The translations under genes were made by a program, and so were the position numbers. A stretch of 64,000 nucleotides of DNA, taken from a plasmid. Under the pieces are notes generated by a model. The model ran no database searches, was not told where the DNA came from, and worked only from the letters and a program-made list of their open reading frames with translations. This document shows, in pieces, positions 10,449 through 19,500 of this stretch (positions within the stretch are counted from its first letter, which is position 1; each line of letters opens with the position of its first letter). Location of the stretch: assembly GCF_056712565.1 (NCBI RefSeq), contig NZ_JBWXXM010000004.1. The stretch is one strand, 5' to 3'.

Positions 10449-10658
10449 TTATTGTGAGTCTGGCTGGTTAGTGGCCATGAGATATTCGATTGTGTCAGTG
10501 AGATCATCCAGGTCGTCTTGGGTGATGCGGTACTCCTGATTGGATATCTTTGAGTAGTGTTCAGCAATGGCGCGGGCAGCGTCGGTTTCGGCGGGGTCTA
10601 CAGATAAAGCGTTAGAGCAATGTCTAACGTCGTCGATGGTTGGTGGAATGAAAGCCAT
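10449..10658 (-). CDS. coi: Coi, C1 inactivator
   Basis: 69-aa product directly upstream of c1 on the same strand. Confidence 0.75.
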   Translation of the reverse strand: MAFIPPTIDDVRHCSNALSVDPAETDAARAIAEHYSKISNQEYRITQDDLDDLTDTIEYLMATNQPDSQ

Positions 10659-10896
10659 AATTATGCCTCACTGTATTGACAACACAGAGCCTGAAGCTCT
10701 GACCTACTGTTTCACCCATGATCCATGCTGGGGTAATCTAACAACATTGCGCTGTGTGTAAGATGAGCAATGCATAGCTGTAATGCCGTTGTATAAGGTT
10801 TCCCTGTTTGCTCATTTCCTTCTGAGCCGCTCTACAACGCTGAAGACACATTAAATAGTGAATCCAAAGTCGTATTACGAAACGGCGGCAAAACTA

Positions 10897-10913
10897 TAAT
10901 TTATTAGAGCAAT
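10897..10913 (-). promoter_or_regulatory. C1 operator (Op99-type) upstream of coi-c1
   Basis: Plus strand taatttattagagcaat; reverse complement matches ATTGCTCTAATAAATT(A), 16/17. Confidence 0.55.
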
Positions 10914-10979
10914 TGTCAAACAACTATGAAAAACAATCCAGTTTTTGGCTGGTGGAGTGGGATTTTTCTCTCAAAATTT

Positions 10980-10996
10980 ATTGCTCTAATAATTCT
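10980..10996 (+). promoter_or_regulatory. C1 operator-like 17-mer
   Basis: attgctctaataattct, 15/17 to consensus. Confidence 0.5.
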
Positions 10997-11029
10997 TGAT
11001 TTTTATGCACAGCTGGACGTAAACTCCTC

Positions 11030-11063
11030 TTCAGACCTAATAACTTCGTATAGCATACATTAT
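11030..11063. other. loxP site-specific recombination site
   Basis: Exact 34-bp ATAACTTCGTATAGCATACATTATACGAAGTTAT (13-bp inverted repeats plus 8-bp spacer). Confidence 0.97.
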
Positions 11064-11171
11064 ACGAAGTTATCTTAAGGGTTATTGAACATGATCAATT
11101 TACCTGTAAATCCATACAGTTCAATACCTTATCAGGTCAAATAGTGATCACTTGATCATTTGATCAAGGTT

Positions 11172-11230
11172 GCGCTACGTAAAATCTGTGAAATGTTGGC
11201 AGTGTTAGTGCTCCAGATTTCGCGTAGCGC
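11172..11230. promoter_or_regulatory. 17-bp imperfect inverted repeat pair in the cra/cre leader
   Basis: gcgctacgtaaaatctg ...25 nt... cagatttcgcgtagcgc (15/17 complementary); preceded by four GATC within 85 bp. Confidence 0.4.
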
Positions 11231-11262
11231 ACTTAGCACCACCAATCAATCAGAGGTGAAAA

Positions 11263-11484
11263 ATGGGATATTCAGCTGCTAAAGTGTCCACTCATATTGA
11301 GCTTGAGAAAAACCGTGGTTACTGGCGGGCAAAAGGGTTTGATCGTGATAGTTGTCAACTGTCATTATCGCGCGGTGAAGAGAAAATAGAACGCACGCGC
11401 GGTCGCTGGCGTTTCTATGACGAGAACCATAAACAGGTAAAGGCAGAGCCGATCCTGTACACTTTACTTAAAACCATTATCTGA
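11263..11484 (+). CDS. Cra-position small protein (cre-associated function), 73 aa
   Basis: 73-aa ORF ending 8 nt before cre. Confidence 0.5.
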   Translation: MGYSAAKVSTHIELEKNRGYWRAKGFDRDSCQLSLSRGEEKIERTRGRWRFYDENHKQVKAEPILYTLLKTII

Positions 11485-11491
11485 GTGTTAA

Positions 11492-12523
11492 ATGTCCAAT
11501 TTACTGACCGTACACCAAAATTTGCCTGCATTACCGGTCGATGCAACGAGTGATGAGGTTCGCAAGAACCTGATGGACATGTTCAGGGATCGCCAGGCGT
11601 TTTCTGAGCATACCTGGAAAATGCTTCTGTCCGTTTGCCGATCGTGGGCGGCATGGTGCAAGTTGAATAACCGGAAATGGTTTCCCGCAGAACCTGAAGA
11701 TGTTCGCGATTATCTTCTATATCTTCAGGCGCGCGGTCTGGCAGTAAAAACTATCCAGCAACATTTGGGCCAGCTAAACATGCTTCATCGTCGGTCCGGG
11801 CTGCCACGACCAAGTGACAGTAATGCTGTTTCACTGGTCATGCGACGGATCCGAAAAGAAAACGTTGATGCCGGTGAACGTGCAAAACAGGCACTGGCGT
11901 TCGAACGCACTGATTTCGACCAGGTTCGTTCACTCATGGAAAATAGCGATCGCTGCCAGGATATACGTAATCTGGCATTTCTGGGGATTGCTTATAACAC
12001 CCTATTACGTATAGCCGAAATTGCCAGGATCAGGGTTAAAGATATCTCACGTACTGACGGTGGGAGAATGTTAATCCATATTGGCAGAACGAAAACGCTG
12101 GTTAGCACCGCAGGTGTAGAGAAGGCACTTAGCCTGGGGGTAACTAAACTGGTCGAGCGATGGATTTCTGTCTCTGGTGTGGCTGATGATCCGAATAACT
12201 ACTTGTTTTGCCGTGTCAGAAAAAATGGTGTTGCCGCGCCATCTGCCACCAGCCAGCTATCAACTCGCGCCCTGGAAGGGATTTTTGAAGCAACTCATCG
12301 ATTGATTTACGGCGCTAAGGATGACTCTGGTCAGAGATACCTGGCCTGGTCTGGACACAGTGCCCGTGTCGGAGCCGCGCGAGATATGGCCCGCGCCGGA
12401 GTTTCAATACCGGAGATCATGCAAGCTGGTGGCTGGACCAACGTAAATATTGTCATGAACTATATCCGTAACCTGGATAGTGAAACGGGGGCAATGGTGC
12501 GCCTGCTGGAAGATGGCGATTAG
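11492..12523 (+). CDS. cre: Cre tyrosine recombinase
   Basis: 343-aa product MSNLLTVHQNLPALPVDATSDEVRKNLMDMFRDRQAFSEHTWKMLLSVCRSWAAWCKL... with catalytic Tyr context NVNIVMNYIR; adjacent loxP. Confidence 0.97.
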   Translation: MSNLLTVHQNLPALPVDATSDEVRKNLMDMFRDRQAFSEHTWKMLLSVCRSWAAWCKLNNRKWFPAEPEDVRDYLLYLQARGLAVKTIQQHLGQLNMLHRRSGLPRPSDSNAVSLVMRRIRKENVDAGERAKQALAFERTDFDQVRSLMENSDRCQDIRNLAFLGIAYNTLLRIAEIARIRVKDISRTDGGRMLIHIGRTKTLVSTAGVEKALSLGVTKLVERWISVSGVADDPNNYLFCRVRKNGVAAPSATSQLSTRALEGIFEATHRLIYGAKDDSGQRYLAWSGHSARVGAARDMARAGVSIPEIMQAGGWTNVNIVMNYIRNLDSETGAMVRLLEDGD

Positions 12524-12540
12524 CCGTTCATTTGCGCTTG

Positions 12541-12557
12541 ATTGCTCTAATTATTTG
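12541..12557 (+). promoter_or_regulatory. C1 operator-like 17-mer downstream of cre
   Basis: attgctctaattatttg, 14/17. Confidence 0.45.
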
Positions 12558-12573
12558 ATATTTATGGTGACGC

Positions 12574-12885
12574 ATGCGGAAGGATTTCAAAATAGACGGA
12601 AAATATGTGGTGCTGTCTGTAAGCTCTCAAATTCAGTCACCATCTGTCATTGTCACCGTAAAGTTGAGCGATAGGATGCCTGATATCGACTCGATATCTG
12701 TTGCGTTCCCCGTTAAAAGCATGCGGAGTGCTGAACATTTTGTGATGAATGCAACGGAGGAGGAAGCGCGGCGCGGGCTTACTAGAGTGATGGTGGAATT
12801 TGGCGAACTCCTGGGTAAGGTAAACAATGCCCTTTCAATCAGTTCAGCAAGATCCAAAGCGTTAACAGCTTCCATGATGAAATAA
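12574..12885 (+). CDS. hypothetical protein (103 aa), c8-position
   Basis: ORF track; operator-like site upstream; position only. Confidence 0.35.
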   Translation: MRKDFKIDGKYVVLSVSSQIQSPSVIVTVKLSDRMPDIDSISVAFPVKSMRSAEHFVMNATEEEARRGLTRVMVEFGELLGKVNNALSISSARSKALTASMMK

Positions 12886-12909
12886 AAAAAGCCTGGCAAG
12901 GAGCCAGGC
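12884..12909 (-). terminator. hairpin with A7/T7 tract, intrinsic-terminator-like for leftward transcripts
   Basis: aaaaaaa gcctggc aagga gccaggc; the U-tract is on the minus-strand side. Confidence 0.35.
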
Positions 12910-13016
12910 TGCACAAAAGAGCGGGTTTGTATTCCGCATCCAATCAATCAAGAAGGAGTATAGCACACAGGTACTGAAGTGAAAAAATGTGATTCGCGAT
13001 TAACAAAATATCTGCC

Positions 13017-13046
13017 ATTGCTCTAATTGATTGCTATAATTAAGCC
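13017..13046 (+). promoter_or_regulatory. overlapping pair of C1 operator-like sites upstream of ref
   Basis: attgctctaattgattg (14/17) overlapping attgctataattaagcc (11/17). Confidence 0.45.
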
Positions 13047-13100
13047 GCAGTTTTTGTCAACTACGAAGACGTTGCCATTACTTAACTCCTTGACATCATT

Positions 13101-13127
13101 GGCGGCCATTAGGCCGCCTTTTTTTTT
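13101..13127 (+). terminator. intrinsic terminator-like hairpin 6 nt upstream of the ref start codon
   Basis: ggcggcc atta ggccgcc followed by T9. Confidence 0.55.
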
Positions 13128-13132
13128 GCCAT

Positions 13133-13693
13133 ATGAAAACAATCGAACAAAAACTTGAACAGCGCCGCGAGTGGCAGAAGGCAGCCAGAGAACGAGCGAT
13201 CGCTCGGCAACGGGAAAAGTTGGCTGACCCCGCCTGGCGAGAATCGCAATATCAGAAAATGCGGGATTCTATCGACCGCCGTATCGCTAAACAGAAAGAG
13301 CGCCCACCAGCCAGCAAAACGCGGAAAAGTGCGGTAAAGATAAAATCTCGTGGCTTGAAGGGGCGAACATCGACAGCGGAGGAACGGAGCATCGCCAATG
13401 CTCTTGGCGCTCTCCCCTGCATTGCCTGCTACATGCATGGAGTAATATCTGAAGAGGTATCTCTGCACCATATCTCCGGTCGTACCGCGCCGGGTTGTCA
13501 CAAAAAGCAATTGCCCCTTTGTAGATGGCACCACCAGCATGCAGCACCGGCTGAAGTAAGAGAAAAATACCCCTGGCTGGTCCCTGTTCATGCCGATGGT
13601 GTGGTTGGAGGCAAGAAAGAATTCACCTTGCTGAACAAGTCAGAGATGGAGTTGCTGGCTGACGCCTATGAGATGGCAAACATCATGCACTAA
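13133..13693 (+). CDS. ref: Ref, HNH-family recombination enhancement endonuclease
   Basis: 186-aa product; HNH-like CYMHGVISEEVSLHHISG...CRWHH; P1 position after cre/c8. Confidence 0.85.
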   Translation: MKTIEQKLEQRREWQKAARERAIARQREKLADPAWRESQYQKMRDSIDRRIAKQKERPPASKTRKSAVKIKSRGLKGRTSTAEERSIANALGALPCIACYMHGVISEEVSLHHISGRTAPGCHKKQLPLCRWHHQHAAPAEVREKYPWLVPVHADGVVGGKKEFTLLNKSEMELLADAYEMANIMH

Positions 13694-13735
13694 TAAATAT
13701 ATTATTTTTAATCTGAAATAATTGACAACTGACAA

Positions 13736-14524
13736 GTGACTTCAGTCAGAATCATCACATGCCCGGTACGGATGGATCCCTTTTCAAATATTCCATGGAC
13801 GGCACAGTCTGAGTACCGGGCGCTACCTTCAGTTGTATTGCTAAGCCGCCGCTGGTGGCTTTTCTTTTTTGTAGGGGGCGCTATGGATAAGAAAATATGC
13901 GTTGTTTCGATGAGCGTCGGCAAACCGGCGTCAATGACTGCTGCATGGATCAACAATGAGCTAATAATGGCTGAGCGGACCAGCTACCCTGAACGCCGCC
14001 GCGATATGGAACTCCAGCTGCTGCGCGAATTGCGAGAAAAAGAGGAAAAGGGTTTTATCGTGCTGGTGGAAGAGGAAAACAGCTTTATTACTGGTCGAGT
14101 TGGCCAGCGTGTAAGGTTGCGCGATCCCTTCATGAACGGCAGGCCGGTACTAATTGAGGCAATGCAGATTTATAAGGAGCTGGAACGCCAGAAAGCAATC
14201 AAGTTACCGCGCAAGGAATCCGGCAAATACATTCTCCACCAAAGCATCTTCGATTCCGAACACGATAAAAAAGGCGATGAGTTTTTCAACATCAACTGGA
14301 GCGAAATAACGACAGAGCATGTTCTGACGTTGTTATGCTGCTTCGCAACAGAATACAACAACGTGGTAAGCGCAGACTACATCAGGGCAATGGCTGGAGA
14401 AGTTGAGGCCCGCCAAGAACCATCGTTACTAAGTCCACTGATTAACATAATTCTGGGCACCCAGATACTGGAACAAAAAAAAGTGCCGAAAGGGGTATTA
14501 ACAGGCAAGCATAATTATTTTTAA
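13736..14524 (+). CDS. hypothetical protein, mat-position (likely true start ATG 13883 behind GGGGG)
   Basis: ORF track; internal Met MDKKICVV preceded by gtagggggcgct. Confidence 0.4.
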   Translation: MTSVRIITCPVRMDPFSNIPWTAQSEYRALPSVVLLSRRWWLFFFVGGAMDKKICVVSMSVGKPASMTAAWINNELIMAERTSYPERRRDMELQLLRELREKEEKGFIVLVEEENSFITGRVGQRVRLRDPFMNGRPVLIEAMQIYKELERQKAIKLPRKESGKYILHQSIFDSEHDKKGDEFFNINWSEITTEHVLTLLCCFATEYNNVVSADYIRAMAGEVEARQEPSLLSPLINIILGTQILEQKKVPKGVLTGKHNYF

Positions 14525-14617
14525 CAATTACATACAGTAATTTTGTGGTTACATTCTCCATTGATTTTCTAACCGCTTTATCATTAGATGTAACAGCATG
14601 TAAATCATTTAAAATGG

Positions 14618-15754
14618 ATGAAAGCAATGGGGAATGAAGTTTATCAAAGTCAAAAATGCAAGTTGAAATATTCAAAATCTCAAATTGATAGGGCTGCTCA
14701 ATTGATAAGGCACGGGTGTAGTGACGAAGAAAGGCAGCAATCTATTGAAATGATACAAAATTTCCGTGAGCTGCATCTTTATCCATTAATGCTCATGAAA
14801 AATCATTTAGCAAGAGCAGCTGCTAAGGTTGACAAGGACAAAAAGATTCTCGTTGCAAGAAGACTTAAGCGACTTTCTACCATAATAGATAAACTAGAGC
14901 GTCCTAGTCTTGATGGAGGCAGAACTAGCAATGCAATTAAATTAACACGGATGCAGGACGTTGGCGGATGTAGGGCCATTGTCAGAAACTTAGACCAGTT
15001 GATACAGCTAAAGGAACGTCTTTTAAAAAGCAAATCTGTTCATAGGATTGTTAAAGAGTATGATTATCTTACTCCCAAAGACAGCGGCTATAGTGGAATC
15101 CACCTTGCATACAGTTGCTTCGATCAGAAAGAGGATCAATATCCGTGGCGAAAAACAAAGATTGAGATACAGTTAAGAACTCAATTGCAGCATGCTTGGG
15201 CTACCAGCCTTGAAATAATTGATACCCTTGAAGGTATCAAGCTGAAAACTTCAAGTGAAGGGCATCCAGAATGGAGACGATTTTTCTATCTAGCCGGATG
15301 TCTTGTAGCGCACGACGAAAAAGCCTGCACTCTTGATGAGCTAGTTGTATCTCAGTATGAAGGCGAGCTTAAAGAGCTGGAACGGACTTTATCTGTACGG
15401 AGGAAACTAAGCACATACACCATCGCCTTAAATTTAACTTCTGACGCGAATTTGATTAAGAAGTTGCCAAAAAATCATAAGGGGCATTACTTAGTAACAA
15501 TGAGAAATGCAGAAAACAAGCCCAATACAAAAAACAAAAAAATGTTCCTAGTGTCTGTTCGCGCATTTAAAACAAAAGAAGCAGATGAAGCCCTTGAGGC
15601 CTTAAATAAAGACGATTCTAATCCTAATGTATTGATATCTGTTCTCGTTGCTACAGATAACATTAAGTCACTAAAAAAAGCCTACCCCAACTATTTTGGC
15701 TCAACAAACCAGTTTACAAAATTCTTAGATAAGCATCTTCGTAACGAAGGATAG
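14618..15754 (+). CDS. RelA/SpoT-domain nucleotidyltransferase (toxSAS-like), candidate fused toxin-antitoxin of the CapRel type
   Basis: 378-aa product with RLKRLSTIIDKLER, DVGGCRAIV (DxxGxR), DYLTPKDSGYSGIH and EIQLRTQLQHAWA (ExQxRT..HxW) motifs; no neighbouring antitoxin ORF; AT-rich flanks; Cys-poor Lys/Asn-rich C-terminal third. Confidence 0.7.
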   Translation: MKAMGNEVYQSQKCKLKYSKSQIDRAAQLIRHGCSDEERQQSIEMIQNFRELHLYPLMLMKNHLARAAAKVDKDKKILVARRLKRLSTIIDKLERPSLDGGRTSNAIKLTRMQDVGGCRAIVRNLDQLIQLKERLLKSKSVHRIVKEYDYLTPKDSGYSGIHLAYSCFDQKEDQYPWRKTKIEIQLRTQLQHAWATSLEIIDTLEGIKLKTSSEGHPEWRRFFYLAGCLVAHDEKACTLDELVVSQYEGELKELERTLSVRRKLSTYTIALNLTSDANLIKKLPKNHKGHYLVTMRNAENKPNTKNKKMFLVSVRAFKTKEADEALEALNKDDSNPNVLISVLVATDNIKSLKKAYPNYFGSTNQFTKFLDKHLRNEG

Positions 15755-15760
15755 TTGCTT

Positions 15761-15790
15761 AATTTTGCCCGGTAATTCCGGGCAAAATTG
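15761..15790. terminator. bidirectional intrinsic terminator between the toxSAS gene and the lxc-position gene
   Basis: aa ttttgcccgg taatt ccgggcaaaa tt (10-bp stem) between convergent stops. Confidence 0.6.
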
Positions 15791-16039
15791 TCAATCTGCA
15801 TTCAGGAGCAATGCGTTATCTATGATGATCTGCTCCCATTCTTCGAATGCCCGATCGCGGACGCCCTGGGGAACACTGTTAGTTTTGAAATCGACCACCG
15901 TCCGCCATTTCCCGTCCGGGCGGTACATGCGCAGAGCTTTACTTCCCCCTTCCCTGCGCACCTCAACGTTATGCTTATCAGCAAACTCTTGTAATGCTCG
16001 TAGCGTCCCATGCTTTACTGTGTAGTATCGCTTTTTCAA
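15791..16039 (-). CDS. small protein (82 aa), lxc-position (modulator of C1 repression in P1)
   Basis: 82-aa ORF immediately downstream of the ulx-position gene and darB on the same strand; identity by synteny only. Confidence 0.4.
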   Translation of the reverse strand: MKKRYYTVKHGTLRALQEFADKHNVEVRREGGSKALRMYRPDGKWRTVVDFKTNSVPQGVRDRAFEEWEQIIIDNALLLNAD

Positions 16040-16476
16040 GTTTTCTCTCCAGCCTGTGCCAAGGCTTCAACTTCCAAATCGTAAGACTCAAACTCATAGT
16101 CCTGGTCGTCAACTTCTTCAGGCACTGGCAGTAAATGCCAGGCTGAGTATATCTGACCATTATCAAAACGCTCCTGGCTGTAGAGCGTCGCGGCTATGAG
16201 TGTTAGCGCCGGGCGGTCATAACGGTAAATTTTGCGAACGTCACGGTCAACGAGACGACCGAAATTACCATAACCGCGCTCCAGTAATAATTTTTTAATT
16301 TCCGGCCAGTATGGACCATAGCTGCGGTACAGGCGGGGATTTTTCAGTAATCGCCCGCGTAGCCCTGACAGGAAGAAATCAACGTATTCGTCTTCTGTCT
16401 TTCCTAACAACGCTGTACGGAGTACCGCCTCAAGATATGTTTTATTCGGTTTTATTGTATCAGATAGTGTGGCCAT
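16036..16476 (-). CDS. hypothetical protein (146 aa), ulx-position
   Basis: ORF track; overlaps the next gene start by 4 nt (coupled). Confidence 0.4.
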   Translation of the reverse strand: MATLSDTIKPNKTYLEAVLRTALLGKTEDEYVDFFLSGLRGRLLKNPRLYRSYGPYWPEIKKLLLERGYGNFGRLVDRDVRKIYRYDRPALTLIAATLYSQERFDNGQIYSAWHLLPVPEEVDDQDYEFESYDLEVEALAQAGEKT

Positions 16477-16509
16477 ATTATGCGACGCCCGGCGAACCGG
16501 GCGCTCCTG

Positions 16510-19500
16510 TTATGCGTATTGTTGGATGACGGCCAGAACGTCCGCCACGTTGTGTTTTGTCTCGATAATCCACCAGTTACCCGGGAAATCGCTGTTCTTC
16601 GCCTTCGCTGGCAGCCAGCGAGCGCCGAATTTCGCCTTGATTGCGTCTTTCGCACGGAAAAGAACGCCTTTCATGCCTGAGGCTTCCTGAAGCCCAAATA
16701 CCTCGCCAGCGGCGAATTTTGGTGCGTACATCATCTTCAGGTCGGCGGTGGATACGCGATAATTCAGACCAAGAGACTGAGCTATGCTGGTGGCATCACC
16801 CTGTGTTGATGATAACTCTTCTTGTTTCTCGTTTCTGGCGGCAATCTCTTCCTCCGTGATGTTGCCAAGGGCTAGGTTTATCCGATCAGCGTCGGCCTGT
16901 TTCTCTTCATCGGTGCGCCCGGCAAGAACCGTGTTAATTCTCTGCAATATCTCCACATGATTCTTGCGCATGCTGAGCAATTCCGGCGTAACCTCGTTAA
17001 GATCCACCAGCCCAAGGATGGCAAGGTCGGAAAACATTGATACCAGGTTGTAGGTCATGCGATAGCTGAGTTGACCATAGGCTGATGGCAACTTCACAGC
17101 ATCCATTTGATAGGCATCCATAAATTTAGAGCCGTCGTTTACGACATCCGCTATTGCAGGTGTGATTTTCCCTGTGGTGGCGGCCTCCCTGATTGCTGTT
17201 ACCCACGATTGAGTCAGCGCGGCGACTGCATGATTCAGATTGGCTTCCCGTTCTGCTACGATGCGCGCGCTTGCTGCGTCCATTGCCTGCTTGATCTCGG
17301 CTTTATTGCTGTAAATGCCAATGGTGCCAAACTGTGCTGTGGTGATCTCATAATCTGACCCCCGGAACTCATTGGTACCGAAAATGGCATTGGTGACTTC
17401 AAGTTCAGAATCCCCGTTACGAGTAGCCCCCTGGCTTGTTTTTTCCGGCATTCTGGCGATCGCATCCGCTATTTTCTCCTGAATTGCTTCAGGGGATAGC
17501 GTATCTCCGTATGACGCGATTACATCGCCATAATTGGAGCCAAACAATTCAACCAGGAATGTTTCTGCCGAACGGATCTGGCGGTTATTCCCTTCCGACA
17601 TCATACCAAGCACCCATTTTGCAATTGACGACTTCAGCGCGTCGTCACGGCGATCCGGGTAAACCGCATGCTTCAGTGGGTCCGTATAGGTACCAACAAA
17701 ATCAATGCTATAGCCTGACTCTGTAGTCTGAACGCCGTACGAGTCAGTTATTTTGATCATGCCGCGCTGCTGGAAACGGTAGAAATCGTCACAGGAAATG
17801 ATGTCGTTAATCCCGGCGATGGAGACGCCACCACTGATTTTCTGCATAACAGCATCTTCATCGGGAGTTACATCCACCTGTTTATCCAGCGTCTTCACAT
17901 CCCAGTTACCCGATTTGGTGCCTTTGAAGGTAAAGATGATCTCCACGTCTGCGCGCTGGCTGTCGAAGTCCAGCGACTTAATGCGAACGATATCACCGGC
18001 ACAATCGTAGTATTGGCCTACACGCCATGAGCGATCGCCGATAACAAGGAACTCACTCGCATGGTTAACCAGGTCAGGATCAACATCCAGAATGCCTTTA
18101 TTTATTGCATCCTCCACCAGCGGGCGCAGGCGTTTGATATCCGTCGCGGCCTTCTGAGTACGGTTCAATAATTTCTCATAGCGGGAGATGGCTTGAGAGA
18201 TATTAGCCTTGCGCTGAATGGCGTTTTTCAACGACGCGCGATACTGTGCTAACAACATACGGTCTGTGTGATGGACGCTCCCCCAGCGGGCCTTCCAGTC
18301 TGCGTTATCAGCTGCTTTGGCCATTACCGCCTGTTTGAATTTGGCGACGTCGGCGGTGGTCTTTTCAAGTTCCGCTTTGCTTCGCTCTAATTCAGCGGTA
18401 AGTACCTCCACATCCTCGCCAGCTGCGTGCTGCGCCTTGATGTAGTTCTGAAGGTCGATAGTAGCCTGTTCTTTCTGGCGAGCGCGTTGCGCGGCTTTCG
18501 CCTTATCCATTTGAACCTGCATCATTGCCAGACGTTCGCCATCATCCTTAGCGGTATACATCTGCATTTCGATCATATCGTTGGCGTCGGCGTTCTCCAT
18601 TTCTGACTTATCTGAACGGAGGATATCGGAGATCCAGCCTGCTTTACGCTTCAGCGTCTTCAGTCGGTATTCATCGAAAGAACCCTTGCCGCAGTAGTAG
18701 TGAACGCGAACGCTTGCACGGTTGGAGCCAACTCGGGCACCGCGACCGTTACGCTGTGCGATACTGGCTGGTGTCCATGGCAACGTCAGATGATGGATGT
18801 CAGTCGTTCCTCGATGCAGGTTGATACCCACCTCTGCCTTTTTGTTGCAGATGATGATCGGAGTCCGGCCCTCCTGGAAGTCGGCAGCAATCTTTTCCAG
18901 CCCACCCAGCGACATTTCATTTTGCTGCGCGATATAGGCGTCATACAGAGCCATTTGCTCGTTGTATTTCGCTATCTGTGCATCTGTTGGTTCATCCGGT
19001 AGCTCTTTCGGCGGTTTAACCGCTTTCAGTTTCTTACCGGTTTTACCTGCCTCGGCAACCGTCTGAGCATTCAGGATCCCCACCTTTGAAGGTTCAAGGT
19101 TAAGAGCATTGCAGATAATGCGCTTGAGCTTCTGGTGTTGCGTTTTTTCATCGGTGAAGATGATTTGCTTACCTTCCGGGAAAAACTCCTTCAGCGTGGC
19201 AATCAGCTTCGCGTATTTGGGCGTAACGGGGTGAGTTACGGTCTGTTCGTCAATGCCAAACTTGGCCAGGCGCTTATTCACTTCCTGCTCGAACGCTTCC
19301 GGAACCTGCAACTGAATAAACTCGCCCTTATCTATCAGGGAGTATTGCGATTGCTGCGTGATTGAATCATCACTGTCGTCGTCTTCGCTGGTGGCTTGTT
19401 TAGGCAAACTGTCCGCCAGCTGCTGCACCGCATCGGCGTACTCCGGCAGGAAACGATAGGTGATCCGGCGATAGTACAGGTCCATGTCAGTACATACGCG

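Noticed and set aside
14618-15754. Remnant of the P1 res/mod type III restriction-modification genes
   Set aside because: No methyltransferase (DPPY-type) or helicase motifs; clear RelA/SpoT nucleotidyltransferase motifs instead; the size is far too small for res plus mod.
15765-16025. Plus-strand ORFs 15765-16025 and 15788-15994
   Set aside because: Antisense to the lxc-position gene and overlapping the bidirectional terminator.
15791-16039. HicA-like mRNA interferase toxin
   Set aside because: Only a vague resemblance (small basic protein with a GGSK...R segment); no adjacent HicB-like partner; the position matches P1 lxc, so left as lxc-position.
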